Positions 29,351 to 39,300 of a stretch of DNA of 64,000 nucleotides are shown in pieces. Origin of the DNA: Candidatus Levybacteria bacterium RIFCSPHIGHO2_01_FULL_36_15b (lineage in GTDB: Bacteria > Patescibacteriota > Microgenomatia > Levybacterales > UBA12049); the NCBI GenBank assembly GCA_001782045.1, contig MFNK01000003.1:204719-268718 (forward strand), read 5' to 3'. Numbering within the stretch: the stretch's first letter is position 1; every line of letters starts with the position of its first letter. The notes under the pieces were generated by a model. That model ran no database searches. It was not told where the DNA came from and saw nothing but the letters and a program-made list of their open reading frames with translations. Position numbers and translations under genes: made by a program.

Positions 29351-30634
29351 TTATGGCAGGAAAGATTTAAAAAACGATATAATTTTAGATATAATTTTAT
29401 TATCAAATTTTAATCCGGGAAGCTGTGGAATAGCTATTCCGAATGGAAGATTACTGGTTACTTCAACATTTGCTCCATATTTTATAAGCCCAATTACAGT
29501 TGAGAAAGACGGTTCTTGCACTTCATCAATTATTCCCTTTAAATCTGCAGCAATAGCTACTCTAACCGGCATTGCGAGCATTCTTTTGGCTGACTCTGTT
29601 GCGCCAACGGTTCTTGCTCCTCCTCCTGTTAAAACCAAACCAGCCGGAGTTTGTCCTGCAAATCCGCTTTTTTTAATTTCAATTCCAACCATTGTAAAAA
29701 GCTCGTTAAGCCTTGGCCTTATTATTCCATCAATTAAAGTCTTTTTTGAAACTTTTTTTAACTCCTCTGCTAAATTAAGCGGCGCTAAATCTACTTCATC
29801 CGAGAATCGCTCCACAGGAGCTTCTTCCTCTGCTAATTTTGCCTTTTTACTTGGATTTGACAAAAATAGTTTTATTTTCTCTGCCGATTCAAGTGATATT
29901 CTAAGTCCTATTGCCAAATCATTTGTTATGTGCCTTGCTCCGATTGGTATAACAGACGAATATGATGCAGCACCCTCTACATAAATAGTAATATTTGTTG
30001 TCCCTGCACCTAAATCTACCAAAACAACACCAAGCTCTTTTTCGGTATCCGTTAATGCCGATAGAGAACTAGCATAACCGCTAAAAACAACAGCATCAAT
30101 ATCTACGCCAACTTCTGAAAAGGCTTTCTCCATATTTCTAATTGACACACTATTTGCGCTAATTATATGGGTATCCACTTCAAGCCTTATACCGGTCATT
30201 CCTATCGGATCTTTAATTCCCTCTGCTCCATCTACAAAGTAGCTTCTTGGAAGTACATGAATTATTTCACGGGATGACGGAAGAGAAACGGCTCTGGCTG
30301 CATCTATAACACGAGTTAGATCGTTATCTGTAATTTCTCCCTCAGGACGGGCCACTGCAACCACACCTCTGCTGTTTTGGGACTCTATGTGACTACCATT
30401 AATCGATGCGATTATGTGCGATGCAGAATATCCTGCCATCCTTTCAGCTGCCTCAAGCGAACTATTTATTGATGCTACGGCATCTTCTATATGAACGATT
30501 TGGCCTTTTTTAATTCCGCTTGAGGGGACTTCCGAAACGCCTAAGATATTAATAAACTCATCTACTTTAGCAATTACAGAAACTACTTTTGAGGTTCCAA
30601 TATCAACGCCTACAACAATTTTTCCTTCGCTCAT
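29351..30634 (-). CDS. ftsA: Cell division protein FtsA
   Basis: VDIGTSKV, AERMAG, VDLGAGTT, ITNDLAIGL and VLTGGGA motifs. Confidence 0.97.
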   Translation of the reverse strand: MSEGKIVVGVDIGTSKVVSVIAKVDEFINILGVSEVPSSGIKKGQIVHIEDAVASINSSLEAAERMAGYSASHIIASINGSHIESQNSRGVVAVARPEGEITDNDLTRVIDAARAVSLPSSREIIHVLPRSYFVDGAEGIKDPIGMTGIRLEVDTHIISANSVSIRNMEKAFSEVGVDIDAVVFSGYASSLSALTDTEKELGVVLVDLGAGTTNITIYVEGAASYSSVIPIGARHITNDLAIGLRISLESAEKIKLFLSNPSKKAKLAEEEAPVERFSDEVDLAPLNLAEELKKVSKKTLIDGIIRPRLNELFTMVGIEIKKSGFAGQTPAGLVLTGGGARTVGATESAKRMLAMPVRVAIAADLKGIIDEVQEPSFSTVIGLIKYGANVEVTSNLPFGIAIPQLPGLKFDNKIISKIISFFKSFLP

Positions 30635-30636
30635 TT

Positions 30637-31053
30637 TTATCTAAAAGAAATAACAGGATTATCAAACCTAAAATCCAAAGTTTTAAGCTTCTTACCCTCT
30701 ATTGTAAGTCTTGAAAGAGTAAGTTGTAAAGAGGAGATTTGGGTCCCAATGTCTTTTTTTGAGGAAAAAAACACCTCGCTATCGTCTTTTAGATAAACTC
30801 TTATAAAACCGTTTTCTTGATTTATTTTTTTATATTCTATACTTTTTTCATGTAACCTTTCTTCCAAGGCTTTATTAGAAGATTGTTGAAAGGGGAGTAA
30901 GGGATTTATATAGAAACTTGAGTTTAGGAAAAAATGAATATATACAAAAGAAAAAAATAATGAAAGCCCGACTGTTAAAAAAAGCACCGCTAGTGCATTC
31001 TTAAAATTCCAAAATTTACCTTCTTTTCTAAGTCTTCTTTTTCTTGCAAACAT
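30637..31053 (-). CDS. Short FtsQ/DivIB-like protein
   Basis: Basic N-terminus, single TM, C-terminal LDFRFDNPVI (FtsQ DLR...V motif); lies between murG and ftsA. Confidence 0.65.
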   Translation of the reverse strand: MFARKRRLRKEGKFWNFKNALAVLFLTVGLSLFFSFVYIHFFLNSSFYINPLLPFQQSSNKALEERLHEKSIEYKKINQENGFIRVYLKDDSEVFFSSKKDIGTQISSLQLTLSRLTIEGKKLKTLDFRFDNPVISFR

Positions 31054-32131
31054 CTTCTAATACTCTAACTATTTTACCAGCCGCATTTTCAAATTTAAAT
31101 TCTTTTCTGTCATTAACTACGTACTTAGAAATATTTAAATAGATATCATTAATTTTATTTGTAAATGCTTCTGAATTTAATTTGTTTTCATTTCCTATTT
31201 CAGCAAGACCTGAATTTTTTAAAAATAAAGCGTTTTTTTCTTGTTCGTTTTTTTGTGAAAAAGAGATCGGAATAAGAAATGAGGGTTTTTCTAAATATAA
31301 AAGCTCCAAAACTGTATTTACACCGGCTCTTGCTACTACTATTTCTGCTTCTTTAATTGCAAGAAGAGCGTCATTTGCGGATAAAAATTTTTCTACCCTA
31401 TAATTATTTATAATTTTTTCAGGTAAGTCATTTTTAATATTTACTAGTTCGTCATAATCTCTATATACCTGTGAATCTCCTGTTTGATGAATAATATAAA
31501 AAGTTTTTAAAAGATTTTTTAATGATTTTAATACAAGTTGATTAATGGTATGTGATCCAAGGCTTCCTCCTGTTATATAAATAACCGGGAGCTTGGTTTT
31601 TTCCTTTTTTTCTTTTTTTAAATTAATTAACTCTTTTTTAATAGGAAGACCAGTTAATATTGTTTTCTGTTTGGGAAAATAAATCCTAGAGCTTTCCCAT
31701 GAAATACAAATTTTTGTAGCAAATCTAGCTAGCATTCTATTTGATAATCCTGCATCAAAAGTTTGCTCGTGAATAACAATTGGGATATTAAAAATTCGCG
31801 CCGCAATTATTATTGGGACCTGTACATACCCCCCAAATCCTAAAACTACATCTGGTTTTACCTTCCTTAAAATACTTACGCTTTCTACTAATCCTTTAGG
31901 AAATTTTACAAATGAAGGGATTGTGTATTTTGTAAATTTACGCTGAAGCCTTGCTGTATTAATATTAAAAAACGGAATTCCGATTTTATCAATCTCTTTA
32001 AATTCCAAGGAAACTGCAGTATCACCCTCTATTGCAAACCTTCTTCCAACATAAAAAATATCGTTATTTCTTAAGTTTTCAATTATTGAGATAGCTGGCG
32101 AAAAGTGCCCTCCAATTATTAAGACTTTCAT
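31028..32131 (-). CDS. murG: Lipid II GlcNAc transferase MurG
   Basis: GGHFSPA, GFGGY, HEQ, TGGSLGS, RAGVNT.E and EQEKNA motifs. Confidence 0.93.
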   Translation of the reverse strand: MKVLIIGGHFSPAISIIENLRNNDIFYVGRRFAIEGDTAVSLEFKEIDKIGIPFFNINTARLQRKFTKYTIPSFVKFPKGLVESVSILRKVKPDVVLGFGGYVQVPIIIAARIFNIPIVIHEQTFDAGLSNRMLARFATKICISWESSRIYFPKQKTILTGLPIKKELINLKKEKKEKTKLPVIYITGGSLGSHTINQLVLKSLKNLLKTFYIIHQTGDSQVYRDYDELVNIKNDLPEKIINNYRVEKFLSANDALLAIKEAEIVVARAGVNTVLELLYLEKPSFLIPISFSQKNEQEKNALFLKNSGLAEIGNENKLNSEAFTNKINDIYLNISKYVVNDRKEFKFENAAGKIVRVLEDVCKKKKT

Positions 32132-33198
32132 GCGTTTTGTTTTCTTATATTTAAAAGTATACCAATCGATGATAAATTAACTATTAAAGATGTTCCACCG
32201 TGAGAAATAAACGGTAAGGGAACACCTGTTAACGGCAATAATGCGGTTTGACTACCAAGATTTATTAATATCTGGGTTGCAAGAAAAGCGGTAATTCCTC
32301 CTGCCAAAAGTCTTCCAAAGGTGTCTTTTGCGCTGCTCGAAATTTTAAAACCGCGGATAATTATCGCTATAAAAACAAATATGATTGCAATTGCTCCGAC
32401 AAAGCCAAGTTCTTCAGCAATGATTGCAAAAATTGAGTCAGTTGCATTTTCGGGTAAGTACGCGTATTTCTGCAGCGAATTTCCAAGACCTACTCCAAGA
32501 ACACCACCGGAGCCCAGTGCAATTAAAATCTGCCTAACATGATAGGAAGTATTTGAAACATCTTGATTAAAATTAAAAAAAGTAGTAATTCTTTGTAATC
32601 TATAAGGCTCTATCACCGCAACTATTACTCCTATAATAAATGTGATAGGTGCAAGAACTAAAAGATGTAAAATATTTGCTCCGGAAAGAAAATATATGGT
32701 AATTGCCTCTGCTAAGACAATTATAGATGTCCCCATGTCGGGCTGAAGTATTATTAGAGCTAAAACAAGTCCTATTAAAAGTAAAAACGCAGACAGCCTT
32801 CCCTTTTCCTTTGTTGAAAACCATGCGGACAAATAAATCGCAAGACTTAATTTAATAACTTCAGATGGTTGAAGCGTAAATAACTTAAAATCAATCCATC
32901 TATTTGCCCCCAAAAGCTTCAAACCAAGACCGGGTATAAAAACCATAAACAAAAGCACAATAGATACTATAAGAAGAGGCAGAGCTAAATTATATAACTT
33001 GTGATAATTAAAATTTGCAAAAAAAGTCATTGATAAAAAGCCTAAAAATACCCAAAAAGATTGATCTTTTACAAAATGATATTTATCGGAAAAGTCTCTA
33101 AAGGCAACAAAAGATGACGCATCATATATCATAAAAAGTCCAAAAATAGTTAAGAAAAAAACACTAAATAGAAGCACTAAATCAGTTTTTTTCATCAA
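32128..33198 (-). CDS. ftsW: SEDS protein FtsW
   Basis: GANRWI, QPSE..K, GLGNSLQK..YLPE..TD.IF and GVPLPFISHGGTS motifs; dcw position. Confidence 0.93.
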   Translation of the reverse strand: MMKKTDLVLLFSVFFLTIFGLFMIYDASSFVAFRDFSDKYHFVKDQSFWVFLGFLSMTFFANFNYHKLYNLALPLLIVSIVLLFMVFIPGLGLKLLGANRWIDFKLFTLQPSEVIKLSLAIYLSAWFSTKEKGRLSAFLLLIGLVLALIILQPDMGTSIIVLAEAITIYFLSGANILHLLVLAPITFIIGVIVAVIEPYRLQRITTFFNFNQDVSNTSYHVRQILIALGSGGVLGVGLGNSLQKYAYLPENATDSIFAIIAEELGFVGAIAIIFVFIAIIIRGFKISSSAKDTFGRLLAGGITAFLATQILINLGSQTALLPLTGVPLPFISHGGTSLIVNLSSIGILLNIRKQNA

Positions 33199-34208
33199 TT
33201 AACAAAAGCGAGGAAAAGTCCCAGTAATGCAAAAAAAACGCCTAAAAGCCACCCACGCATAACAATTTTAGGCTCATCCCAACCTCTTTTTAAGAAATAT
33301 AGATGAAAAGGAGCAACGGGAAGCAGTTTCTTCTTCAAAAATTTCTTACCAAGTATCTGAATCAGGGAGGATCCAACTTCCAGAACAAAAACTCCTCCAA
33401 TAACCGCAATCGCTAAGGGCTTCCCTGTCAAAAGTCCAATTATCGCAAGACAAGCTCCCAAAGACATAGATCCAACATCTCCTAACCAAATTCTTGCCTT
33501 GTAAATATTAAAATAAAGAAAAGCACCCACTGATCCTATTAAAATTGCTATAAAAATTCCAAGGCTTTGATCAACAATTGAATACGAAATTGCAAGAAAA
33601 GACACAAGACAAATTAAAAGAAGCCCTGGAGCAAGGCCATCTAATCCATCTGCGATATTAAATGCGTTTGCAAATGCAACAATAACAAAAGCAGCAAAAG
33701 GAATATATAAAAATCCTATATCGGCGCTTCCTAATCCTCTAATAAATAGGGAATTGTAACCTAAATGAAAATATAAAATTACTGCGGGAACTAAGGCTAA
33801 TATCCATTGAATTATAAATTTGTATCTAAATCTTAAACCGAAAAACGGATACTTGCTCGATGAAGCCACTAACTTCTTTGCATCATCATAAAAGCCCAAA
33901 ACTCCAAAACTTATGAAAGTAAAAAGTATTGTAAAAAGCTGCCAAAAATTCGATGGAACCGAAAATATAGCCAAAGACCATAAAAAAAGAATAGTTACAA
34001 TAAAAATAATTAGAAGACCGCCACCGAATGGTGTCCCTACCTTCCATGCATTAAATTTATCAAAAAGAGGTGTTGGCTTATTAAATATATCTACTGTCTG
34101 CTGATGCTGCCTACGAAGTTTTAATTTATAAAGAAAATCTATAAAAGGAACTATTAAAATGAAGGTAAGTATAATTGAAAGAATCGCAATTCCTAAAATT
34201 TGTGCCAT
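33195..34208 (-). CDS. mraY: Phospho-N-acetylmuramoyl-pentapeptide transferase
   Basis: K.GTP.GG, YDD, NAFNIADGLDGL, GDVGS and APFH motifs. Confidence 0.93.
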   Translation of the reverse strand: MAQILGIAILSIILTFILIVPFIDFLYKLKLRRQHQQTVDIFNKPTPLFDKFNAWKVGTPFGGGLLIIFIVTILFLWSLAIFSVPSNFWQLFTILFTFISFGVLGFYDDAKKLVASSSKYPFFGLRFRYKFIIQWILALVPAVILYFHLGYNSLFIRGLGSADIGFLYIPFAAFVIVAFANAFNIADGLDGLAPGLLLICLVSFLAISYSIVDQSLGIFIAILIGSVGAFLYFNIYKARIWLGDVGSMSLGACLAIIGLLTGKPLAIAVIGGVFVLEVGSSLIQILGKKFLKKKLLPVAPFHLYFLKRGWDEPKIVMRGWLLGVFFALLGLFLAFVN

Positions 34209-34215
34209 AGTACCT

Positions 34216-34221
34216 ATTATA
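34216..34221 (-). promoter_or_regulatory. -10 box, leaderless mraY
   Basis: TATAAT-N7-ATG, with TTGAAT 18 bp upstream. Confidence 0.6.
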
Positions 34222-34248
34222 AACTTTTGTAATAGCAGTATTCAATCT

Positions 34249-35007
34249 TTAACTCTTGCGATTTATTGTTGAAAATAGTCTAATAGCCTCATCTAGCTCG
34301 TCTTTCGTATTTACTCCCCTCCAGGGTATTTTTCCAGCTTTATGTGCGTGGATTTTTTCTTTTTTTGCTAAACCTAAATCAATCAAGCTAGTTAGGTAAT
34401 ATTCACCTGTTATAATGCTTGGTTTTATTGTACTAAGATATTTTTTAAGAAAGTCTACACTTGCTACATAACATGCTGGATTTATCTCATTTATTTTTCG
34501 CTGTTCTATAGTGGCATCTTTTTCTTCAACAATACCCTCTAAGTTATTGTTTTCATCCCGGATAATTCTGCCCAGTCCGAAAGGATTTTCTACATCAATG
34601 GTTAAAAAAGTAAAAGATGAATTATTTTTTCTATGTTCTTTAATCAAATCTTCAATCGTTTGTTTTGGGTAAGAGAATGAATCGTCTCCCTGAAGGATAA
34701 TAACATCTGTAATATTGCTGGGAATATCCTGCAATGCGGTTTCCACAGCGTGAGCGGTTCCTTTCCTTTCAGTTTGTTCGGCAAAAATAACATCGTTTGT
34801 ATCTTTAAAAATATTTGTAACAGAGTCTTTTTGAAATCCAACAACTATTACTGTTGGATAAATGTTAACATCTCTTAATAACTCTACTGTTCTTAAAATC
34901 ATAGGCTTGCCGCCGAGGTCAATAGTAACCTTGTTTTCCGTTGTAGATTCCATTCTTTTCCCTTGTCCGGCAGCTAATACAATACCCGCTGTTTTAACTT
35001 CTTTCAT
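34249..35007 (-). CDS. Sugar-1-phosphate uridylyltransferase, GlmU N-terminal domain only
   Basis: LAAGQGKRM, Q....GTAHAV, GD, GIVEEKDA, EIN, GEYYLT and GVNT motifs; no hexapeptide acetyltransferase domain. Confidence 0.85.
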   Translation of the reverse strand: MKEVKTAGIVLAAGQGKRMESTTENKVTIDLGGKPMILRTVELLRDVNIYPTVIVVGFQKDSVTNIFKDTNDVIFAEQTERKGTAHAVETALQDIPSNITDVIILQGDDSFSYPKQTIEDLIKEHRKNNSSFTFLTIDVENPFGLGRIIRDENNNLEGIVEEKDATIEQRKINEINPACYVASVDFLKKYLSTIKPSIITGEYYLTSLIDLGLAKKEKIHAHKAGKIPWRGVNTKDELDEAIRLFSTINRKS

Positions 35008-35009
35008 AT

Positions 35010-36341
35010 TTAGCTTTCCTTAATCCTTTTAATGTTTGCTCCCAAGCTTTTTAGTCTTTGTTCAAATTGCTCGTACCCTCTATCTAAATATCCAAGTCCG
35101 AAGAGAATACTTTTTCCTTCGGCGGATATTGCACCCAGTACTAAAGTTGCTCCCGCCCTTAAATCCGCAATGTCCATAACGGCATTGTGCAATACTATTG
35201 AACCTCTAATTTTGGCAGCATGTAGAAAGCTTTTATTATCATCCGATATATTAAAATTATAAAATTTTGAAGGGTTTTTTACCGGAGGGTTAAAAAGCTC
35301 AATATCGGCGCCCATTTTTTTTAATTCATCAACATAAGTAAATCTGTTTTCGTAAACTCTTTCGTGCAAAACTGACTCGCCATTTGCCTTGGTCATAAGT
35401 ACAGCCCATGGGCCTTGCCAGTCGGTCATGAAACCCGGATAATATCCAGTAGTTACAGCTGCAGGCCTTAACTGCCCCTTGTAATAAAATCTAATTCCTC
35501 TATTTTTAATTTCATAACCTCCACCAACTTGCTCTAGCATTTCAAGAAATTCCTTTAAACCCTTTTCTGAAATGTCTTTTATAAATATATCTCCTTGTGT
35601 AATGATTGAAGCAACTGCAAAAGTAACAACTTCGTTTCTGTCCGGAAAAACTCTAAACTTAGCTGAATTTAAATTTTTTACGCCTTCAATAACAATCGTT
35701 CTTGGCTTTTTCCTTTCTATTCTTGCACCAAGTCTTCGCAAAAATGCAATAAGTTCGTCTATTTCTGGTTCTTGAGCTGCGTTATCTAAAACTGTTTTTC
35801 CCTTGGCTAGTACTGCAGCTAAAATCATTGTTTCCGTACCTGTGTGAGTGCTTTTTTCAAATTTATAATAGGCTCCTTTGAGCCCAGAAGGAGCCTCTGC
35901 GTGAAAATATCCGTCTTTACTTAAATATTTTATTTTAACTCCCATTTTTTTTAGACCCTCTACAACCCTATCTATTGGCCTTGCTCCAATACGGCAGCCT
36001 CCGGGATTTGGAATTATTGCGCTACCAATTCTTGCCAACATAGGAGCTAAAAACATATAAGAGGTTCTTATTTCTGCAGCTTTTTCAAGCGAAATCTTAT
36101 CACTTGTAAACTTTTCCATTTTTACAGTTAATTTGTGATCTTTAAATATAACTTTTCCACCCAATTGCTCTATTATGTCCGCCATAATACGCACATCTGA
36201 AATCAGCGGTATGTTTTCAATTAATATTTCTTTATCCGAAAGACAAGCAGCAACCAATAATTTTAAGGCAACGTTTTTCGATCCAAACATTGACACGCTT
36301 CCTTTTAATTTTTTCCCTCCTATTATTTCAAAATATTCCAT
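35010..36341 (-). CDS. murA: UDP-N-acetylglucosamine 1-carboxyvinyltransferase
   Basis: GSKNVAL, PGGCRIGARP (catalytic Cys), YPGFMTDWQ, DLRAGA and LDRGYE motifs. Confidence 0.96.
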   Translation of the reverse strand: MEYFEIIGGKKLKGSVSMFGSKNVALKLLVAACLSDKEILIENIPLISDVRIMADIIEQLGGKVIFKDHKLTVKMEKFTSDKISLEKAAEIRTSYMFLAPMLARIGSAIIPNPGGCRIGARPIDRVVEGLKKMGVKIKYLSKDGYFHAEAPSGLKGAYYKFEKSTHTGTETMILAAVLAKGKTVLDNAAQEPEIDELIAFLRRLGARIERKKPRTIVIEGVKNLNSAKFRVFPDRNEVVTFAVASIITQGDIFIKDISEKGLKEFLEMLEQVGGGYEIKNRGIRFYYKGQLRPAAVTTGYYPGFMTDWQGPWAVLMTKANGESVLHERVYENRFTYVDELKKMGADIELFNPPVKNPSKFYNFNISDDNKSFLHAAKIRGSIVLHNAVMDIADLRAGATLVLGAISAEGKSILFGLGYLDRGYEQFEQRLKSLGANIKRIKES

Positions 36342-36342
36342 A

Positions 36343-37749
36343 TTAATTTAAGCTATTTGCTATCTTGTAAATATCCCCGGCACCCATGGTTAAAATTATC
36401 CATTTATCATCATATTTTTTGTCAGCGACGTATTCTACCATATCAGGCAAATTTGAGAAATAGTCCACCTTTTGCCCTTTTGCTAAGATTCTTTCCTTGA
36501 GAAGTAAAGAGGAAATTGAAGAGTCTGGTTTCTCCCGTAATGAGGAATAAATGTCTACGAAAATAGTTTCATTTGCTTGAGTAAATGAGTTAACAAATTG
36601 TTCGAATAATTTTTTTGTTCTAGAGTACGTATGTGGCTGAAATATGCACAATATCTTTTTATCCGGATACGTTTTTTGAAAAGCAGATAGGGTTTTTTTT
36701 ATTTCTGTGGGATGATGGGCATAATCGTCAAATAACATTGCTCCGCTATGCAACTTTTTAACAAACTCAAATCTTCTCTTAGTACCGTTGAACAAAGCTA
36801 GGCCTTTCTTTATATTTTCTATCGAAATCCCTAGCTCTAGGCAAGTTACTGTTGCTGCAAGCGCATTCAAAGCGTTATGCTCGCCTGTAACGTTTAACAT
36901 AAACTCCCCTAAGTTTGTATTTTTATTTGATACCCAGAAAAACATTCCTTCTTTACTCATGCTTACTTTTTCGATTACGAAATCCGCGTCTTTGGAAAAA
37001 CCGTATGTTATTACTGGCGCTGATATTTTATTTTTTATTCTTTTAACTTCTTCATCGTCCATACATACAACTATTTTGTCCTTGACATTTTTGGCAAAAG
37101 TTAAAAATGCCAGGCTCAATTGTTCAACATCTACAAATAAATCAGGATGGTCAAGTTCTATATTTGTTATCACGAGAATATTTGGGTGCAACCATAAAAA
37201 TTTTGGAGTTTTGTCATAAGTTGGCTCAGTCGCATATTCATCAGCCTCCGCAATAAAAAATCTTCCTTTTCCAAAGTGACCGTCTGTTTCAAGATACGGA
37301 ATATTTCCCGTACCTATTAAAAAACTGGGATCAGTCCTGTTTGCCTTGAGTATTGTAGCAATCATTGCAGTTGTTGTTGTTTTTCCATGACTTCCGGCTA
37401 CTGCGACGGTCTCAAACTGTCTTTCAAAAATTTCTCCCTTCATAAATTCAGCTAAGGCTTGTCCTTGAGTCCAAACTGTTATTCCTCTTTGTTTCGCTAG
37501 TGCAACTTCTGGATTATCAAAACCACCATGAGCCCCTGTTGTTATAACTAAATCAGCTTGTCCAATATGATCAGGGGAAAAGCCAACTAAAGGAGAAATT
37601 TTAGCCTTAGCCAAGACCTCATCCGTTATAAATTCTTCATCTATATCACACCCACTAATTTTAAAACCTGCTTCTTTTGCAATAATAGCAAGAGGAGTCA
37701 TCCCTACCCCTCTTATTCCGACGAAATGAATTGACTTATTTGTTTTCAT
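36343..37749 (-). CDS. murC: UDP-N-acetylmuramate--L-alanine ligase
   Basis: HFVGIRGVGM, AGSHGKTTT, EADEY, DDYAHHPTEI and FQPHTYSRT motifs. Confidence 0.95.
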   Translation of the reverse strand: MKTNKSIHFVGIRGVGMTPLAIIAKEAGFKISGCDIDEEFITDEVLAKAKISPLVGFSPDHIGQADLVITTGAHGGFDNPEVALAKQRGITVWTQGQALAEFMKGEIFERQFETVAVAGSHGKTTTTAMIATILKANRTDPSFLIGTGNIPYLETDGHFGKGRFFIAEADEYATEPTYDKTPKFLWLHPNILVITNIELDHPDLFVDVEQLSLAFLTFAKNVKDKIVVCMDDEEVKRIKNKISAPVITYGFSKDADFVIEKVSMSKEGMFFWVSNKNTNLGEFMLNVTGEHNALNALAATVTCLELGISIENIKKGLALFNGTKRRFEFVKKLHSGAMLFDDYAHHPTEIKKTLSAFQKTYPDKKILCIFQPHTYSRTKKLFEQFVNSFTQANETIFVDIYSSLREKPDSSISSLLLKERILAKGQKVDYFSNLPDMVEYVADKKYDDKWIILTMGAGDIYKIANSLN

Positions 37750-38944
37750 TAGTTTTTAAATTCAGTTCTGAAAGTATATGATTTACTACTTTATATTCGT
37801 CCCAAGGCTCTTCGCCTTTACCCATATTCATCGATTCCTCAGCGGCTTTTCCCGTTATAAGAACCAAATCATTTTTCTTTGCCATTTGAATACCTGCAGT
37901 AATTGCCTCTTTTCTGTCGGGAATTTTTATAATTTCTGCTTTCGGATTGTCTATTCCTGAATCAATTTCTTCAATTATCTGGCTAACTTCTTCGGTACGC
38001 GGATCCTCTGCAGTAAGAATAACAAAATCCGAGTACCTTGCGGAAGTTTCACCCAAATACGGTCTTTTTAGAGTGTCTCTTTCTCCTGCGCTTCCAAAAA
38101 TATGAATTATTTTACCCTTTACAATTGGCCTTAGACTCTTTAAAAGTTGTTCGAATGCGTTTGGAGTATGAGCAAAATCAATCATCACTCCAAACTGGCC
38201 TCTATAAACAAAATCCAATCGTCCCTTTGGAAGGCTGAATGTTTGAATTGCCTTTCCAATTTCGCTTTCCTTAATTTTTAGCAATCTACAAACTGTAACT
38301 GCAGCTAAAATATTATACTTATTAAAATCTCCTAATATTTTAAAGTTGTTTAAATTGAATTTTTCCGGATTAACTTCTGCGCTTTCAAAAAGACCATATG
38401 TAATCCACTTATCATTATCTTTTTTACTCTTCGATTCGGTTAACATAGAATAAGAGTTATCATCTTTATTTACTACAGCAATTTCCGCTTTCTTTAGCAG
38501 AATTTCTTTAGTTTTAAGATAATTGTCATAAGTTTTATGATAATCTAGGTGCTCGTTAGTAATATTTGTTAAAACGCCAATTTTAACAGGAATTCCTGTT
38601 ATTCTATTCTGATCAAGAGCATGGGAAGTTATTTCCAGAATAAAATATTTGCTTCCTGCTTTTTTTGCCATTTTAAATAGCTTTTGCAAAGTAAAGGAAC
38701 CCGGAGTCGTAACGTGAAAACCGAGTGGAATTGTTTTAGAACCAATGTTAGCTCCAAGTGTAGAAACCATAGAAGTCTTTAACCCCAACTCTTTCAAAAT
38801 GTGATAAATGAGGCTAACTGTGGTAGTTTTCCCGTCGGTTCCAGTAACGCCAATAACTACCATTCCTTTTGAGGGAAATAAAAATAGCAAATTCCAAAAA
38901 ATAGCGACAAAAAAATGGTAGACATTTTTAATTCTCTGCCACAT
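37736..38944 (-). CDS. murE: MurE-type UDP-MurNAc-tripeptide ligase (short form lacking the N-terminal domain)
   Basis: GVTGTDGKTTT, TTPG, EITSHALDQ.R, EHLDYH, DFAHTP, AGERD..KR and EDPR motifs. Confidence 0.9.
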   Translation of the reverse strand: MWQRIKNVYHFFVAIFWNLLFLFPSKGMVVIGVTGTDGKTTTVSLIYHILKELGLKTSMVSTLGANIGSKTIPLGFHVTTPGSFTLQKLFKMAKKAGSKYFILEITSHALDQNRITGIPVKIGVLTNITNEHLDYHKTYDNYLKTKEILLKKAEIAVVNKDDNSYSMLTESKSKKDNDKWITYGLFESAEVNPEKFNLNNFKILGDFNKYNILAAVTVCRLLKIKESEIGKAIQTFSLPKGRLDFVYRGQFGVMIDFAHTPNAFEQLLKSLRPIVKGKIIHIFGSAGERDTLKRPYLGETSARYSDFVILTAEDPRTEEVSQIIEEIDSGIDNPKAEIIKIPDRKEAITAGIQMAKKNDLVLITGKAAEESMNMGKGEEPWDEYKVVNHILSELNLKTNENK

Positions 38945-38950
38945 AGTGCG

Positions 38951-38962
38951 TATTATATAATA
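38951..38962. promoter_or_regulatory. Palindromic bidirectional -10 element between murE and the DUF192 gene
   Basis: TATTATATAATA contains TATAAT on both strands, 7 nt from the murE ATG and 6 nt from the DUF192 ATG. Confidence 0.65.
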
Positions 38963-38967
38963 AATGA

Positions 38968-39300
38968 ATGCTTGAAAACCTAACTAAAGGAAAAAGAAGT
39001 AACGTTAAGGTCGTTTTTCTAAAAGGGCTTAAAGAAAAAAGTTTGGGAGCAATTAATAAAAATTCAGATGCGGTGTTTCTAATTGAAACAAGATTTGGTA
39101 TACATACTTTTTTTATGTACCGCTTACTTGATATTGTCGTACTTGATCGCAAGGGGAAAATCGTAAAAGTAAGAGAAAGTCTTAAACCAAACAGATTATT
39201 TTTTTGGCATCCTAGATATTCATACATAATTGAAGCTCCTGCTGGTTTAATAAAAGAATTGAAATTGGATTTAGGAAACATATTGAGGTTTAGCTTATAG
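38968..39300 (+). CDS. DUF192-family protein
   Basis: IHTFFM...LDIVVLD..G.IV...LKP...YIIEAPAG pattern. Confidence 0.8.
   Translation: MLENLTKGKRSNVKVVFLKGLKEKSLGAINKNSDAVFLIETRFGIHTFFMYRLLDIVVLDRKGKIVKVRESLKPNRLFFWHPRYSYIIEAPAGLIKELKLDLGNILRFSL

Noticed and set aside
28213-29984. Long plus-strand ORFs opposite ftsZ/ftsA (159, 80 and 132 aa) and similar short ORFs opposite ileS, murC, rsmH and others
   Set aside because: They lie wholly or almost wholly antisense to conserved genes, have no motifs and show the Ser/Ile/Phe-rich composition typical of shadow frames.
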